A DNA stretch of 20,000 nt, taken from Atractiella rhizophila. Taxonomy: Eukaryota. This document shows, piece after piece, positions 1-10,618 of the stretch. Both the position numbers and the translations under genes were made by a program. Positions within the stretch are counted from its first letter, which is position 1. The number at the start of each line of letters is the position of its first letter. The notes beneath the pieces are model-generated. The model was not told where the DNA came from. It saw only the letters and a program-made list of their open reading frames with translations, and made no database searches. The stretch spans positions 57,050-77,049 of the forward strand of contig MU271383.1 of NCBI GenBank assembly GCA_021432655.1, given 5' to 3'.

Positions 1-2253
1 AGAGTTCTACGTTCATATGAGTTGTATACCAACAAAGGACATAAACACTAAATGGCACGATCCATCGATTGTCATGAATGAATCCATTCCGCGATTTCTG
101 AAAGGTATGTCCATTGTTACAGCGACGATGGGTGGGATAGCTATCCTCATTGATGCCTGTTTCTTCTACGAATGGCTTCAGAAACCCTTTGCCACAGATC
201 TTTTTTTCCAGGATTTTTAGGATCATCTATCATGCATGGAGCATCTGGGTTGATATCTCCACAGGGTCCATGAAGCATATGATTGCAAACAATCTCAAAC
301 AATTCAGGGTCTGTATCCTCTTCAGGCAATTCGGCAGATACTATGTGGTCGATCGTGTCGACATCCCTGATGGTATCTTCAGCATTGAGGATAATGAGGT
401 TGTGAGCATGGGGGAGACCACGTTTCTGGAATTCAATCACCCAGACGAAGCCGACTGACCATCCAAAAATTGAGTTATCCTTGATGTCCTGCATGTAAGC
501 CTTCACCTTTGTGTTGAAAACTCTAGAGACCGATCTGGTCGATCAGCAGCTGTTTTCCCAGGAAGTAGACCTTCTGTGATTTCTGGCCACCATGGATTGC
601 AAGTGAAAGTTGTGAAGATAGCAGGTGAACCTCGGTTCCTGACAATCGCCATAGCATCTTGGAATTGCTGGTTCATCTGGCGGGGACTTCCTGTATGTGA
701 TGATGGTAGAATGGTCTGCTTCCCTACATCTGCAGCATCTCGACCATCTTCTAATGCATTGCCAAGTCTAGCATAAGACTTAGTTCGGAGAAGGTCTTGA
801 TTGTACCTTAGGAACCTCAAGCATCCACTTTCTATCTGAGCATCTGAGCAGAAGCGTCACAAACCACTTCTTGGAACAGCCGGCTACCGTGATGAATTAG
901 AGAGAATGTGTTCTTCTTTAGGTGAAGCAGGTAAAAGCTATAGTTCATCTGAGTAGCATGTTTCTGTTCCCCCATATTACCAACTATCCGTCCTTCATCG
1001 TTTCTATATTCTTCTCGTGGACCCTGTAGAAGCAGATCTCCATGACTGAGGGGGATGTATGCGTGCCAACCTTGCTCGCCGTAGGGGAACAAAAGTGGGA
1101 AGCATAGAGGAAGATAGTTGGCATTCTGATCACTAACTCTCTCAAAGAAATTCTGACCATCTAAGCACAATGTCCCTTGTGATACCTGCCGTAGCTCCTG
1201 ACTGTTCACCGATGAGAAGCACTGCAATTTCTCCTATGCCATGACCTGTTGGCCTATTGTATCATCGGGGGTCCCGATCAGTAGGATCAATAGTTCGAAG
1301 GTGGAGGTTCAAAATCAGATTATCCCCCATGTGCTCTCTTGCTGTTTTATAAATTTCTGGCCAGAGATTGACTCGCCACATCATTTCTTGTAACTTCCTC
1401 AAAGTCCCTTACTTGAGTTTGTGCTGTCCAACAGTCTCTACTCTTTGTCGAATCTGCTCTTCAGAATCCAGCATATAGATTTGTCCGAACCATTCATCTC
1501 CATCAGAATCAGGTAGCAAAGCTCCAATGTGATGGCACAGCTCCCCTTGAATCCAGAAAGAGTAAACTCCTTGCCCAGGAATAGGTGGCCGCTTGACTCC
1601 AAGAGAAGTAAAGGAAAGAGCATTGTAGGATCAAATATTCTCTTGAAACTGTTTTGATTCTTGGGTATCTGGGTTGATTGATAGCTGATGTAATTCGGCT
1701 GGTGATTCTTCATAAGCAGGAAGAATAATCTTCCCAGAGAACAACAGTTAGAAAACTTTGGATTCCACTTAGAGCTCCTGGCTATCCGTTCCTCAAGCAA
1801 AGAACCACATTCTGAGCAAAAGGGTTTATTCCGGCCTGAAAGTCGGATTGCTTCCACTGTGTCTGGTAAGTAGTTGAATGTGAGAAAAGATGCTGATCTC
1901 ATCTTGCACCCCGAGGAGCTACCATTGTTTGATAGGCAGATCAGTATCTCCCTCTTGTTGTCCATCGGCGGAACCATAATTGAATCTTTACGTAAAGGTG
2001 GAGGGTCTGGCTGCCATCGGTGTCAGTGTCCTCTAGGAGGTTCATCCTCCTGCTGTTGCTGCATATGAATTAGATGCATCAAATGCTGAGGTGGTGTCGG
2101 TTGTGTAACCTGGAAGCAGTGCAGCAATCCTGCATGACGTCTTTCTGAGCGACATGGAGCAACCTGAGGTGTATCTGATGGGCTCTCCTCCCCCCTTCGT
2201 CTCTGAGCATGGATGCATTGGTTTGGACCATATTTTTTCTTCGGACGGGGCAT
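1..2253 (-). pseudogene. Helitron RepHel protein, N-terminal Zn-finger and Rep (HUH) region; frameshifted, continues beyond the left window edge
   Basis: Collinear Helitron motifs across frames: CSECG..KFSNCCSLG (1438-1977), YLPLCFPLLFPYGEQGWH (832-1227), ILPSSHTGSPRQM..QDAMAIVR..FTTFTCNPWWPEI..DRPD (503-820), VIEFQKRGLPHAH HUH motif and IVSAELP..HGPCG..NPDAPCM (147-506), and by manual translation EDSYPTHRR..DNRWIVPF..HMNVE (1-180). Probable start ATG (MPRPKKK) at 2253. Confidence 0.95.
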
Positions 2254-2575
2254 GATGATTCTAAGATGGCATGAGAACATAATTCAAAGGAGTATATTCC
2301 AACTCACACGTGTTCACTTTCTTCCCCTCATGGTAGGTGAACATGTTCTTCTGGCACACAACCTGAGAAAACCAAAACACGGGTAGAAATCTCATGAGGC
2401 GCTTCCTGCACGGCATTATCGGCTTTGTGGGCCTCTTCACTGGTTCAAATCCAGGAGGGAACACATTTTTTTATGACTCTAAAATAAATTTCCTTGCACT
2501 TTCAGAAAGGCACAAATATATGCAGTAAGATGGTGTACTTCATTCATTTCAACGTGCCTGGTGAGGGAGGTATGA

Positions 2576-3380
2576 GGGCTCAAAAGTGTGTTTTATCACT
2601 CATGCCAAGAACTGATGAATCTTAGAAGCATAGATGTTTTAACCAGAGGCTTTTGTTTAAAATAGGTAGGTCTCCTGATTGACACCTTTGTATATTACTA
2701 ACTTGTCCTATCTACACAGGCACTTCATAAATTTGTCTATAAATTCATTGATAGCTACGGATGGCAGTTAATGAAAGAGTCTGAGTGGAAGGAAGTAAAA
2801 GTCATTGCTACTGGCCTAAAGATGCAGCTTCTTACATTTATCCAGAACTTGTGCTTTCTCGTCATCAACAACATGCTTATGCTCAGCCCTTCAATGAGAC
2901 AACTCTCATTCTGGAAAAATATGATGCATGTCTGTCTGCAGTCCTCCTCATGTTCGAACACTTGTGGCACATACAGGTCAAGCTCAAGAATCACCCAAGA
3001 ATGAAGGCGTGGCATTTAGTAGCCGAAGGATCTATCAAGAAGCTCGACAAATACTACAACATTATGAAAGACAAGTGATGCTACTAACTTGGTGCAGGTT
3101 CATCTAATAAGCTTGGTCTTTCTTAGCATGCCTCAAATGCAATCAGATGCCTTTAAAATGTGGTTTTTCCATAGCTATGGATCCTCATTATGGGCTGGCT
3201 TCCCTTGAAGAAACTTATGGTCAAGAGTTCAAAGATTTGGTAAAGGGGAAGGTTTAGGTGGAGTACAACCATCGGGTGACTAATGCCAGAAGAAGGGAAC
3301 ACTTGAGTGAAGAGGAGGATCAGAGAGCAGGAAAGGAGCTTAAGGGTATGGATTCAGATGAAAACATCAGCACTTTTCGG
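2576..3380 (+). pseudogene. hAT-superfamily transposase fragment (C-terminal half), spliced and heavily mutated
   Basis: Reconstructed exons read VLTRGFCLK|ALHKF..ESEWKEVKVIATGLK|PFNETTLILE..SAVLLMFEHL..AEGSIKKLDKYY..LGA|AMDPHYGL, matching the hAT pattern EW..L...L.PF..AT...KL.KYY...LDPR. Several premature stops and one donor site apparently mutated GT>AT (~2822). Confidence 0.75.
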
Positions 3381-5719
3381 ATGGTTGTCTATGAAGCTAT
3401 AGGCCCGATGGTAGCTCATAAGAGCTCATAGGGTTTTTATCACCTGGTCTCTATCCTAGACACTAGGAGTGCTGCTATCGCGCTATGGGTGAGTCACCTT
3501 GTTCGCTCTCTCATTTCATTTGTAGGCTGCCTTCCCATGCTTATAATGCAATAGACCCCACTATATTAATCAACAAAACTACTATAGCATACACTATCAT
3601 GCTCTGCACGAACTGGATCACTTGTCTGCTCTATCTTATCACATCCCATCACTACTTACGAGCCTACAGATGACCACTTTAATGCCTAAGAGAACCTTAT
3701 CGCTTAGAGGTAAATGCGAGTCAAGAGGGATGTAGATAGAACTCACATTAGGACCACCAATAGTATGATGAGCATACCCCAGCTCTATGACAGCCACTTG
3801 AACAGTTAAATTCACTCAATGACCATCCGTTGACTTCCTGGACTTCTTCCTGACCTGTGCACATTCAACTCAAAATGGACAAGTGAAAGCCGACCAGTCC
3901 TTCACCTCGTGGAGTGAGACAGAACAATACTATGAATCCAAGTGAGGAACACGCGATGTCGTAAGCTGCGATAGTGTGGCGGCACAACAAGAATACTGCA
4001 GATAATTGAGGGGTAGTGAGGAAGGATCCGTAATGGGAAGATGGGCAGGAGATGTGAGCTAAATGAAAGTATTGGTGCAGGATTGATTGCAAGCATCACA
4101 AATCCCATCCATGACAGTATGCCGAAGAAATCAACCACTTACCCTTCTCAGTAATATCACTGCTCTTATCACTCTACATAATCCAGCTCCCCTCAGATTG
4201 ATCCAGACTCCTGTCTTTGTTGGCATTGAGATGCTGGGTCATAGCATGAGATGGGGTGATTTGGCCAGTAGCTTGGAGGACATCATGTCTGGGAGGGTTG
4301 GAGAGGGAGAGAAGGCTCGCAGGAAGGGAGAGAGGAGACAGTTTGAGGAAATTTGTGCAGGCAGATCTTGAGAATGAGGGTGGTTGAGATTCAAACTGAG
4401 TTGGAAAAAAAAATTTGGACCAGCGAAGAGCCTCTAATCCGTGTTGACCCCTTAGGCAATAGGGAAATGCGGTGAGTCACTCTGAAGTCATGGGTGGTGT
4501 TAAAGTTTGTGGAAGGTTGGTTTTTGAAGTTCGTCATAAGGCCCCAAAGGTCCATAGGGTTGCTAGAGGCTCCTAGGAACAGTCTATACAGTGTTCCTAG
4601 GACAGACACTATAGTGTCAGGGAATTTGCTGATGAATGGAGAGGAGCATGGTGTTCTTATTGATCTCCCATTGCATGAAGACCTTGAGGATAGCCTCCAT
4701 AAAATTGACCAGTTCTCTGCTATCAGCTCAAAAGGACCATGACCCTCTCAAATGGTGGAAGGTTAGATGTCTTCTATTTTCTTTATTCTACTTACTTAAT
4801 TGATGCTTTGTTTAGCGACATAAGGATTCATATCCTATTCTGCGCCTCATTGGAAGAGATCTACTTGCAATGCCAGCCTTCAATAGCTGGCATTGACCAC
4901 TTTTCTCATGGGCAAAGTTTTCAACACAAACCAACGAAGCTCAATGTTAGCGGAAACTCTTTCAGAAAACGACAATGAAGGCATGGTTAATGTAGGGTGT
5001 TGAGACATCGCAGATGTGGCGATTCTATTTTTTCTATTCCATATGTCATATACACCATATAACGTACCTTCCATAATAGTAAGAATTTTGGATAATAACT
5101 TCATTTTATTATCCACATCACTTGAAAAGAAGCGTACCATCAGTATTGACACTGCAATATCCATATACTGTATAGGTGGGAGCAATGGGTACACGATGGA
5201 CAGCTGTTTTCAAGTATGTGTCCCATTGCCTTGAGGATAATGTAGGGGTAGGGTTGTGTGAATACAAAATGGTTCACTGGTCAGATGGAGAAAGACAGTC
5301 CACTTCGGAGGACTTTGTAATCAATCATCCAAATTCCATTGCCACTCTCCAGATAAAACATAACTCTCCCTCTTCTTTGTATCAGAGTTGCATTTTGTAT
5401 TTTGAGTGGGCTGATCATCTCAAACCATTTGGTAATTGGATGAGGTCATGACATTGGTGTGCAGCACAATCATCTCCAGGATAAACTGTTAACTCCTGCT
5501 ACCATTATATTCTGTGTACCTCCAATGTAAGCCAGATATCATTATATTCAAACATTGGTCTAACCATTCTGTAACTGTACCAGTTACACAAAGATTTTGT
5601 TTCTGTCATGGACAGCTTACAATGATAGTTGTGGCATCCATCATAAAAGCAGTCCCCTTGAGAAATTTGCTTACTGGATATTACACATTGTAACAACCAT
5701 GGCTGAGGTTACGATTGAG

Positions 5720-6780
5720 AAATGTAAAAGTAACAGACCAAAGAAACCTGTCTTTACAGAACAGTTATTGCCCTTTGAGCATGCCTCCCCTACTACACAT
5801 TAACTCTGAGGCATGATTGGCAATACAGGAGCGCACACTGGTGAGACACTTACAAGCAGGCATGCTACAGGGAGTTGGGGTCCCAGAAGAATGGTAGTCA
5901 AATTCTTCACCATTACTTCCACCTCTTCCTCATCCTGTGACCTGTCTGTCTGGTCCTTGTCCTTTGGTATCTTCACTACTGCTCCATCAAGTCCATCCCC
6001 ATTTACAATCGGCTCCTTCTCCCATTGTGATTCCATTTTCGTCAATCCCACCCGACTGTCATTGCCTTCTCCTCCTGTACCATTGCCAGTCCAAGAGACT
6101 GGAATCGAAGAAGAAGATGGTGCTTTCAGAACCTGACATTTCAAGACCCAACCAATGAACATTCCGACATTCGTAATTAATAGGGAGAACAAGAAAGTCA
6201 ACTAAAGAGTCTCTAAGCAAGGAACCATAGAAGTGAGCAATATCATTAAAAGTGTTGTCAAAGCCAGATGGGGAATGAATACAACACCAAACTACTAACC
6301 ATAAGGATGCTGTAGTGACATTGAATCTTGAAAAAGAAGAATTGGGAAAAATGAAATGCCGATTTATAACCTCCTCTAAGGCATCCATAACAACATCTGT
6401 AAGCCACTTGCCACTTGCTCGCCTGCTGAATTGCTGTGCCCTCAAAATGCCTTACAACGTCAAATCCACTGAACCCACAATTCACAGTGGCCCACAAGAG
6501 GATGTGATCCAAAGGCTGGATTGATTCCTCTTCTTCTCAACAACCCTTTTCCATGCAATACTCCTCAGGATCTTTTTTGAAATTTCATACCCCACTTCTC
6601 CTCGGAACTCATCCCAAATTGTGACTAGCCACAAAGGATAACATTCTTTGTAACCTTCCACATTGAGAGACTGGCTACCACGAACACACTCCTCCTTAAT
6701 GAAGGTTGGAGGGATGGTTGAAAATTTCAGAATGGGAGCTTAGTTGAGTGCGCTGATGGCTTGGATTCTAAAGGAAGTTG
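5720..6780 (-). pseudogene. Ulp1/SENP-like cysteine protease (peptidase C48) pseudogene
   Basis: GKWLTDVVMD...FLVLPINYECRNVHWLGL...TIFFFDSS (ORF 6059-6445) gives the His (HW, ~6155) and Asp (FFDS, ~6104) motifs. A candidate Cys lies in GNNCSV (~5761) after a frameshift and a stop. The upstream GSQSL..YPLWLVTIW segment resembles the N-terminal extension of basidiomycete TE-associated Ulp1-like proteins. Confidence 0.7.
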
Positions 6781-7261
6781 AAATGAAGGAGTGGACCTTC
6801 AAGGTGGCAGGGGACTGATGGTAAGTTTCAAGCCCAGGACACATTTGATGTTTGGAAAGTGGTAGGAAGTGGGTTAAATCATAGAGACTGCTTCACAAAG
6901 GCATCCAGCCGTAGCACTAATGCTCTAATGCATTAGAATGTTTGAACATTCCCGACATGGTGAATACCAACACTTTGTGCGCTAGGTTGGGGAGCTCCAA
7001 ATTTCTAGGACATCAGATTTCATTAACCCCGGACCTTCCACTATTCGGATTAAGTAATGGACTTTGAGCGTTCAGTCTACTAAATTGTGACTCTTATTTG
7101 CTTCCGTACTTGTAAAGGTCTTTGCCCCTGTTCACTCCAATCCAAAGAGTATAGTATAGCTAGCTGAGGTCCTATGTAATTTCCTTACTGACAACGTAAC
7201 TTTCACCTTTTATTCTCCCCCTTTTCACCCTTAACAGGAAGATCTATGTCAACATTATCCT

Positions 7262-9595
7262 CTAAGCCAATTGAACATGATATCCTCTATGACTTATTTT
7301 CCATGACAGTCCTGCTAGAGGATTGTCATATAATGCAGAAACAGTCAGAGCCACAAAATTTATAAAGGTATGCCCCTCTCGTCTTCTAAACTCTTCATGG
7401 CATGGATTGGGATTCGTGCAGGAAAGTGTACAAGATTTCGTAAAATGGGAACCGGCGCATACTCCACAGGAGACAGGAGCCTTGCACCTCGCGGCGGTGT
7501 GACCAGGCTGTTGACACTTAAAACATCTTAGCACGTCACGGATTGACTTTTCCACTGTATACGCTTTCCTGTCGATGACAAGACCAAATTCGATTAAGGC
7601 GTCGGCAGTCGAGGAGTGGTCGACTACTAGGATGAGGGAGGAGTGTGTCTTGGCCTTCTCCTGTGAGGAGGCTGCTTGTTTCTTCGTTTGGCACCGGTTC
7701 ATCTTGAGGATGTGGTCGCATAAGTTGAGATTGAAGGGCTCGATACGACTACGAACCTCTTCCGGGTTGTCAATGTCGAAGGAGGAGGGGACTGCATGAA
7801 CAATGATTGGATAAGTCTTATGTTTGATGGACCATCCACTTTCGAGGTGTGGTAACCACACCTCTTGGGATTCGATCGCAAGTTGTACTTCACTGGCATA
7901 ATAAAAGTGCAGTCGAAGGTCGCCGCTCTTGAGCCTCTGAGCGGCACGGATTCTTAGATGAGGCTTCATCTTCGCTGCTATCCTCTCCTCCCTAGGTGTC
8001 TTTTCATAGACTTCACTAGGGATGTTCTTCGTCCTGAAGATGTCGTTCAAGGCGGCGACAATCTTTCGAGGCTCCTCTTTTATGAGGTTGCACTCTGGGA
8101 CGGTTCCCTCCTCAAGCAATTCGTCAAGGGGGGAGGAGATATCCAGCAATTCCGGTGTCATCCAAGTGAGGGTGAGCTGTACATCTTCGTTAGTAGCGTT
8201 TTGGGATTTTTGGGGTTGGGATTGATGGGAAACGGAGTGGGGGATGATAGAGGAAAGGTGCTTAGCGTCAGGCTTCCCGTGAAGCTTCGACAGGTGCGAT
8301 GACATGCACTCCGCAGTCTTCGCTCCCAGCGTGGAGGGGTTAACTGCAGCCGTAAGTGCAGTGACCGCCTCCTTCAGATCAGCGACTTGGCCCTTTAGAG
8401 TGGATACACTCTTCTGGACTTCGACGCCAATCCTATCTGGAGGTAACCACACCTCTTGGGATTCGATCGCAAGTTGTACTTCACTGGCATAATAAAAGTG
8501 CAGTCGAAGGTCGCCGCTCTTGAGCCTCTGAGCGGCGTGGATTCTTAGATGAGGCTTCATCTTCGCTGCTATCCTCTCCTCCCTAGGTGTCTTTTCATAG
8601 ACTTCACTAGGGATGTTCTTCGTCCTGAAGATGTCTTTCAAGGCGGCGACAATCTTTCGAGGCTCCTCTTTTATGAGGTTGCACTCTGGGACGGTTCCCT
8701 CCTCAAGCAGTTCGTCAAGGGGGGAGGAGATGTCCAGCGATTCCGGTGTCATCCAAGTGAGGGTGAGCTGTACATCTTCGTTAGTAGCGTTTTGGGATTT
8801 TTGGGGTTGGGATTGATGGGAAACGGAGTGGGGGATGATAGAGGAAAGGTGCTTAGCGTCAGGCTTCCTGTGAAGCTTCGACAGGTGCGATGACATGTAC
8901 TCCGCAGTCTTCGCTCCCAGTGTGGAGGGGTTAACTGCAGCCGTGAGTGGAGTGACCGCCTCCTTCAGATCAGCGACTTGGCCCTTTAGAGTGGATACAC
9001 TCTTCTGGACTTCGACGCCAATCCTATCCGGAGAGCTCAGCAGAGAGCTTAGGTGGTCCACCGCACTGTCCAGGAAGTCGAACTCTTGCTTTTTGAAAGA
9101 CATCGACTTCTCATTTCTCTTGAGTCTCCGAGTGTCGTTTAGGAAGTCCCTGAGCAGTTGGACTACTTTGGTGGGGTCCTTGTGGTCGAGAGGGTTGGGG
9201 AGAAGTTTGTCGAGGAATCTCTGGGCTTTCGGGGTCTTGAGGGTGAGAGGAGCATTGGTGTCTGCATAGTCTCGGTGATTGTAGTCGCGGATCGCTGCAG
9301 CCCATGTTGACGTGGAATCTACATCAACATCCAACTTCGCAGCAGGAGCCGGGAAGGAGACACAGGTGGCTCCTCTCTCCCCAGTTGAGAGCCTGGGTGG
9401 AGGGGCATCTGGGAGAGTTGGTATGAGGAGGATGAGGGTGGAATTTGGAGGAGGCTGGGTTGTAGGAAGGGGTGTTTTGTTTGATGAGAAATTTTTACTA
9501 TAAGGTCGGATTTTTGGAGTGGTGGTCGTTTTTTTTTTAATGAAGGCCCAGGTCCTGATAAAAGAGATCAACCCACCATGGCTCCGAAGCCACAA
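7262..9595 (-). CDS. Non-LTR retrotransposon (Tad1-like LINE) ORF1/gag protein, internally duplicated and 3'-truncated
   Basis: 777-aa open frame with IRAAQRLKSGDLRLHF, KTYPIIVHAVPSSFD, HSSLILVV and the zinc knuckles CFKCQQPGHTAARC and CGVCAGSHFTKSC. The annotated start is TTG; the real start is uncertain (ATA at ~9424 may be a mutated ATG). The last ~45 aa are probably read-through into unrelated DNA. Confidence 0.85.
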   Translation of the reverse strand: MWLRSHGGLISFIRTWAFIKKKTTTTPKIRPYSKNFSSNKTPLPTTQPPPNSTLILLIPTLPDAPPPRLSTGERGATCVSFPAPAAKLDVDVDSTSTWAAAIRDYNHRDYADTNAPLTLKTPKAQRFLDKLLPNPLDHKDPTKVVQLLRDFLNDTRRLKRNEKSMSFKKQEFDFLDSAVDHLSSLLSSPDRIGVEVQKSVSTLKGQVADLKEAVTPLTAAVNPSTLGAKTAEYMSSHLSKLHRKPDAKHLSSIIPHSVSHQSQPQKSQNATNEDVQLTLTWMTPESLDISSPLDELLEEGTVPECNLIKEEPRKIVAALKDIFRTKNIPSEVYEKTPREERIAAKMKPHLRIHAAQRLKSGDLRLHFYYASEVQLAIESQEVWLPPDRIGVEVQKSVSTLKGQVADLKEAVTALTAAVNPSTLGAKTAECMSSHLSKLHGKPDAKHLSSIIPHSVSHQSQPQKSQNATNEDVQLTLTWMTPELLDISSPLDELLEEGTVPECNLIKEEPRKIVAALNDIFRTKNIPSEVYEKTPREERIAAKMKPHLRIRAAQRLKSGDLRLHFYYASEVQLAIESQEVWLPHLESGWSIKHKTYPIIVHAVPSSFDIDNPEEVRSRIEPFNLNLCDHILKMNRCQTKKQAASSQEKAKTHSSLILVVDHSSTADALIEFGLVIDRKAYTVEKSIRDVLRCFKCQQPGHTAARCKAPVSCGVCAGSHFTKSCTLSCTNPNPCHEEFRRREGHTFINFVALTVSALYDNPLAGLSWKISHRGYHVQLA
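7851..9032. repeat. Direct tandem duplication, 2 x 591 bp (7851-8441 and 8442-9032)
   Basis: Both copies begin ggtaaccacacctcttggg and end atcctatcYgga. Manual alignment shows 12 substitutions and no indels; 591 bp = 197 codons. Confidence 0.97.
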
Positions 9596-10293
9596 AGAAC
9601 CACCAACGCTCGGGCATCCATGAACATGAATTCAGCCAACTGAAAAGAGGCAAACCAGTTTCCAAAGCTAGTCGTGGTGTGGTGGTCGGTACAGCATCAG
9701 GACGAAACGGCTAGTTTCTTCTCCTGTTAGGACTTCGGAACTGGTTTTGGGCTGAGCCTTTCATATTGCTTACCATCTCGTTTGGGGTCCTTTCAAAGCT
9801 CACATGCTCTCATTGGCTCGCAGAACCTCGCAAGCCAAACCTCAACGTGTGAGCCTAGAAACCAAACACAACACAAAGCAGTTTGGACATCTGAGTGCCC
9901 AGAGTGTTGGCATATAGACAAAATGCGTTCAAATTTCATATAGACCTCGATCCACACCTTCGAATGTACTTCCAATCAGAGCGATACCAGAAGTAGATCA
10001 GCGTGCTTGGACAGGTGGTATATATGAACATGCACAGACCTTCAAGGTTGCAAAGTTAGGGTTAAATAAAAAGGCACAAAGCTTCACACATATGATTTTC
10101 GTAAGGAAGCTGAAAACAAGTTGGAGACACGATCACGTTGGTGGTGAACCCCAGAGCAAGTGCCGTCCTTCGAATTACCCTCCTTATTATTTGATTTGGA
10201 ACCATCTGAGTCAGGGATATCCTTGCTTCAATTATAGCAATATGAAATGATGAGGAAAGTGTGCTCACATTCTCAGACAATATTCCAACTCAC

Positions 10294-10472
10294 CTTCCAT
10301 CAAGCTTGATGGGTTTCCAGCCTTCTCGCTGACCAGGCTTTGGATGCTGGAGTGCACGATGTCTTTTAATGCCGCCTTTGGCGAAAGAAAACACTTTGTG
10401 GCAGTCAGAGCATTCTACTTTCCCAGCAGGTAAGGTTTTGATTGTGTTTACTTTTGTGTTTTGAGGAGCCAT
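10294..10472 (-). CDS. First exon of a C2H2/BED-like zinc-finger gene; downstream exons not resolved
   Basis: MAPQNTKV..VECSDCHKVFSFAKGGIKRHRALQHP (Cx2C-x13-Hx4H), followed by a canonical GTGAGT donor at 10293-10288. Confidence 0.6.
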
Positions 10473-10618
10473 GGTCGTCTGATGGAGAAATAATAACTTG
10501 TTTGTCATGACGAGAACAGCAGACGCATCTTGAGGTCATGACATCATTCTTGTTTACCTTCTTCTTACGGCTATAAAAACCCACAACTCTTTCTCTCCAG
10601 CACAACATTCAAGGGTAA
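10473..10618. promoter_or_regulatory. Compact divergent promoter region with TATA box
   Basis: 146 bp between opposing ATGs (10472 on -, 10619 on +). TATAAAA at 10572-10578; palindrome GTCATGAC twice (10504-10511, 10535-10542). Confidence 0.5.

Noticed and set aside
5441..5454. 14-bp identity (tgaggtcatgacat) with 10531-10544
   Set aside because: About one such match is expected by chance in 20 kb, and it does not extend.
6924..6937. 14-bp palindrome tctaatgcattaga
   Set aside because: Isolated and AT-rich, with no supporting context.
3800..7260. LINE ORF2 (endonuclease/RT) expected downstream of ORF1; LDHILLW at ~6510 resembles the SDH motif
   Set aside because: No RT motifs (PQG, YADD) were found in the minus-strand frames I translated, and the region is better explained as Ulp1-like.
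7575..9503. Several plus-strand ORFs, including a duplicated 114-aa pair
   Set aside because: Antisense shadows of the LINE ORF1 and its duplication.
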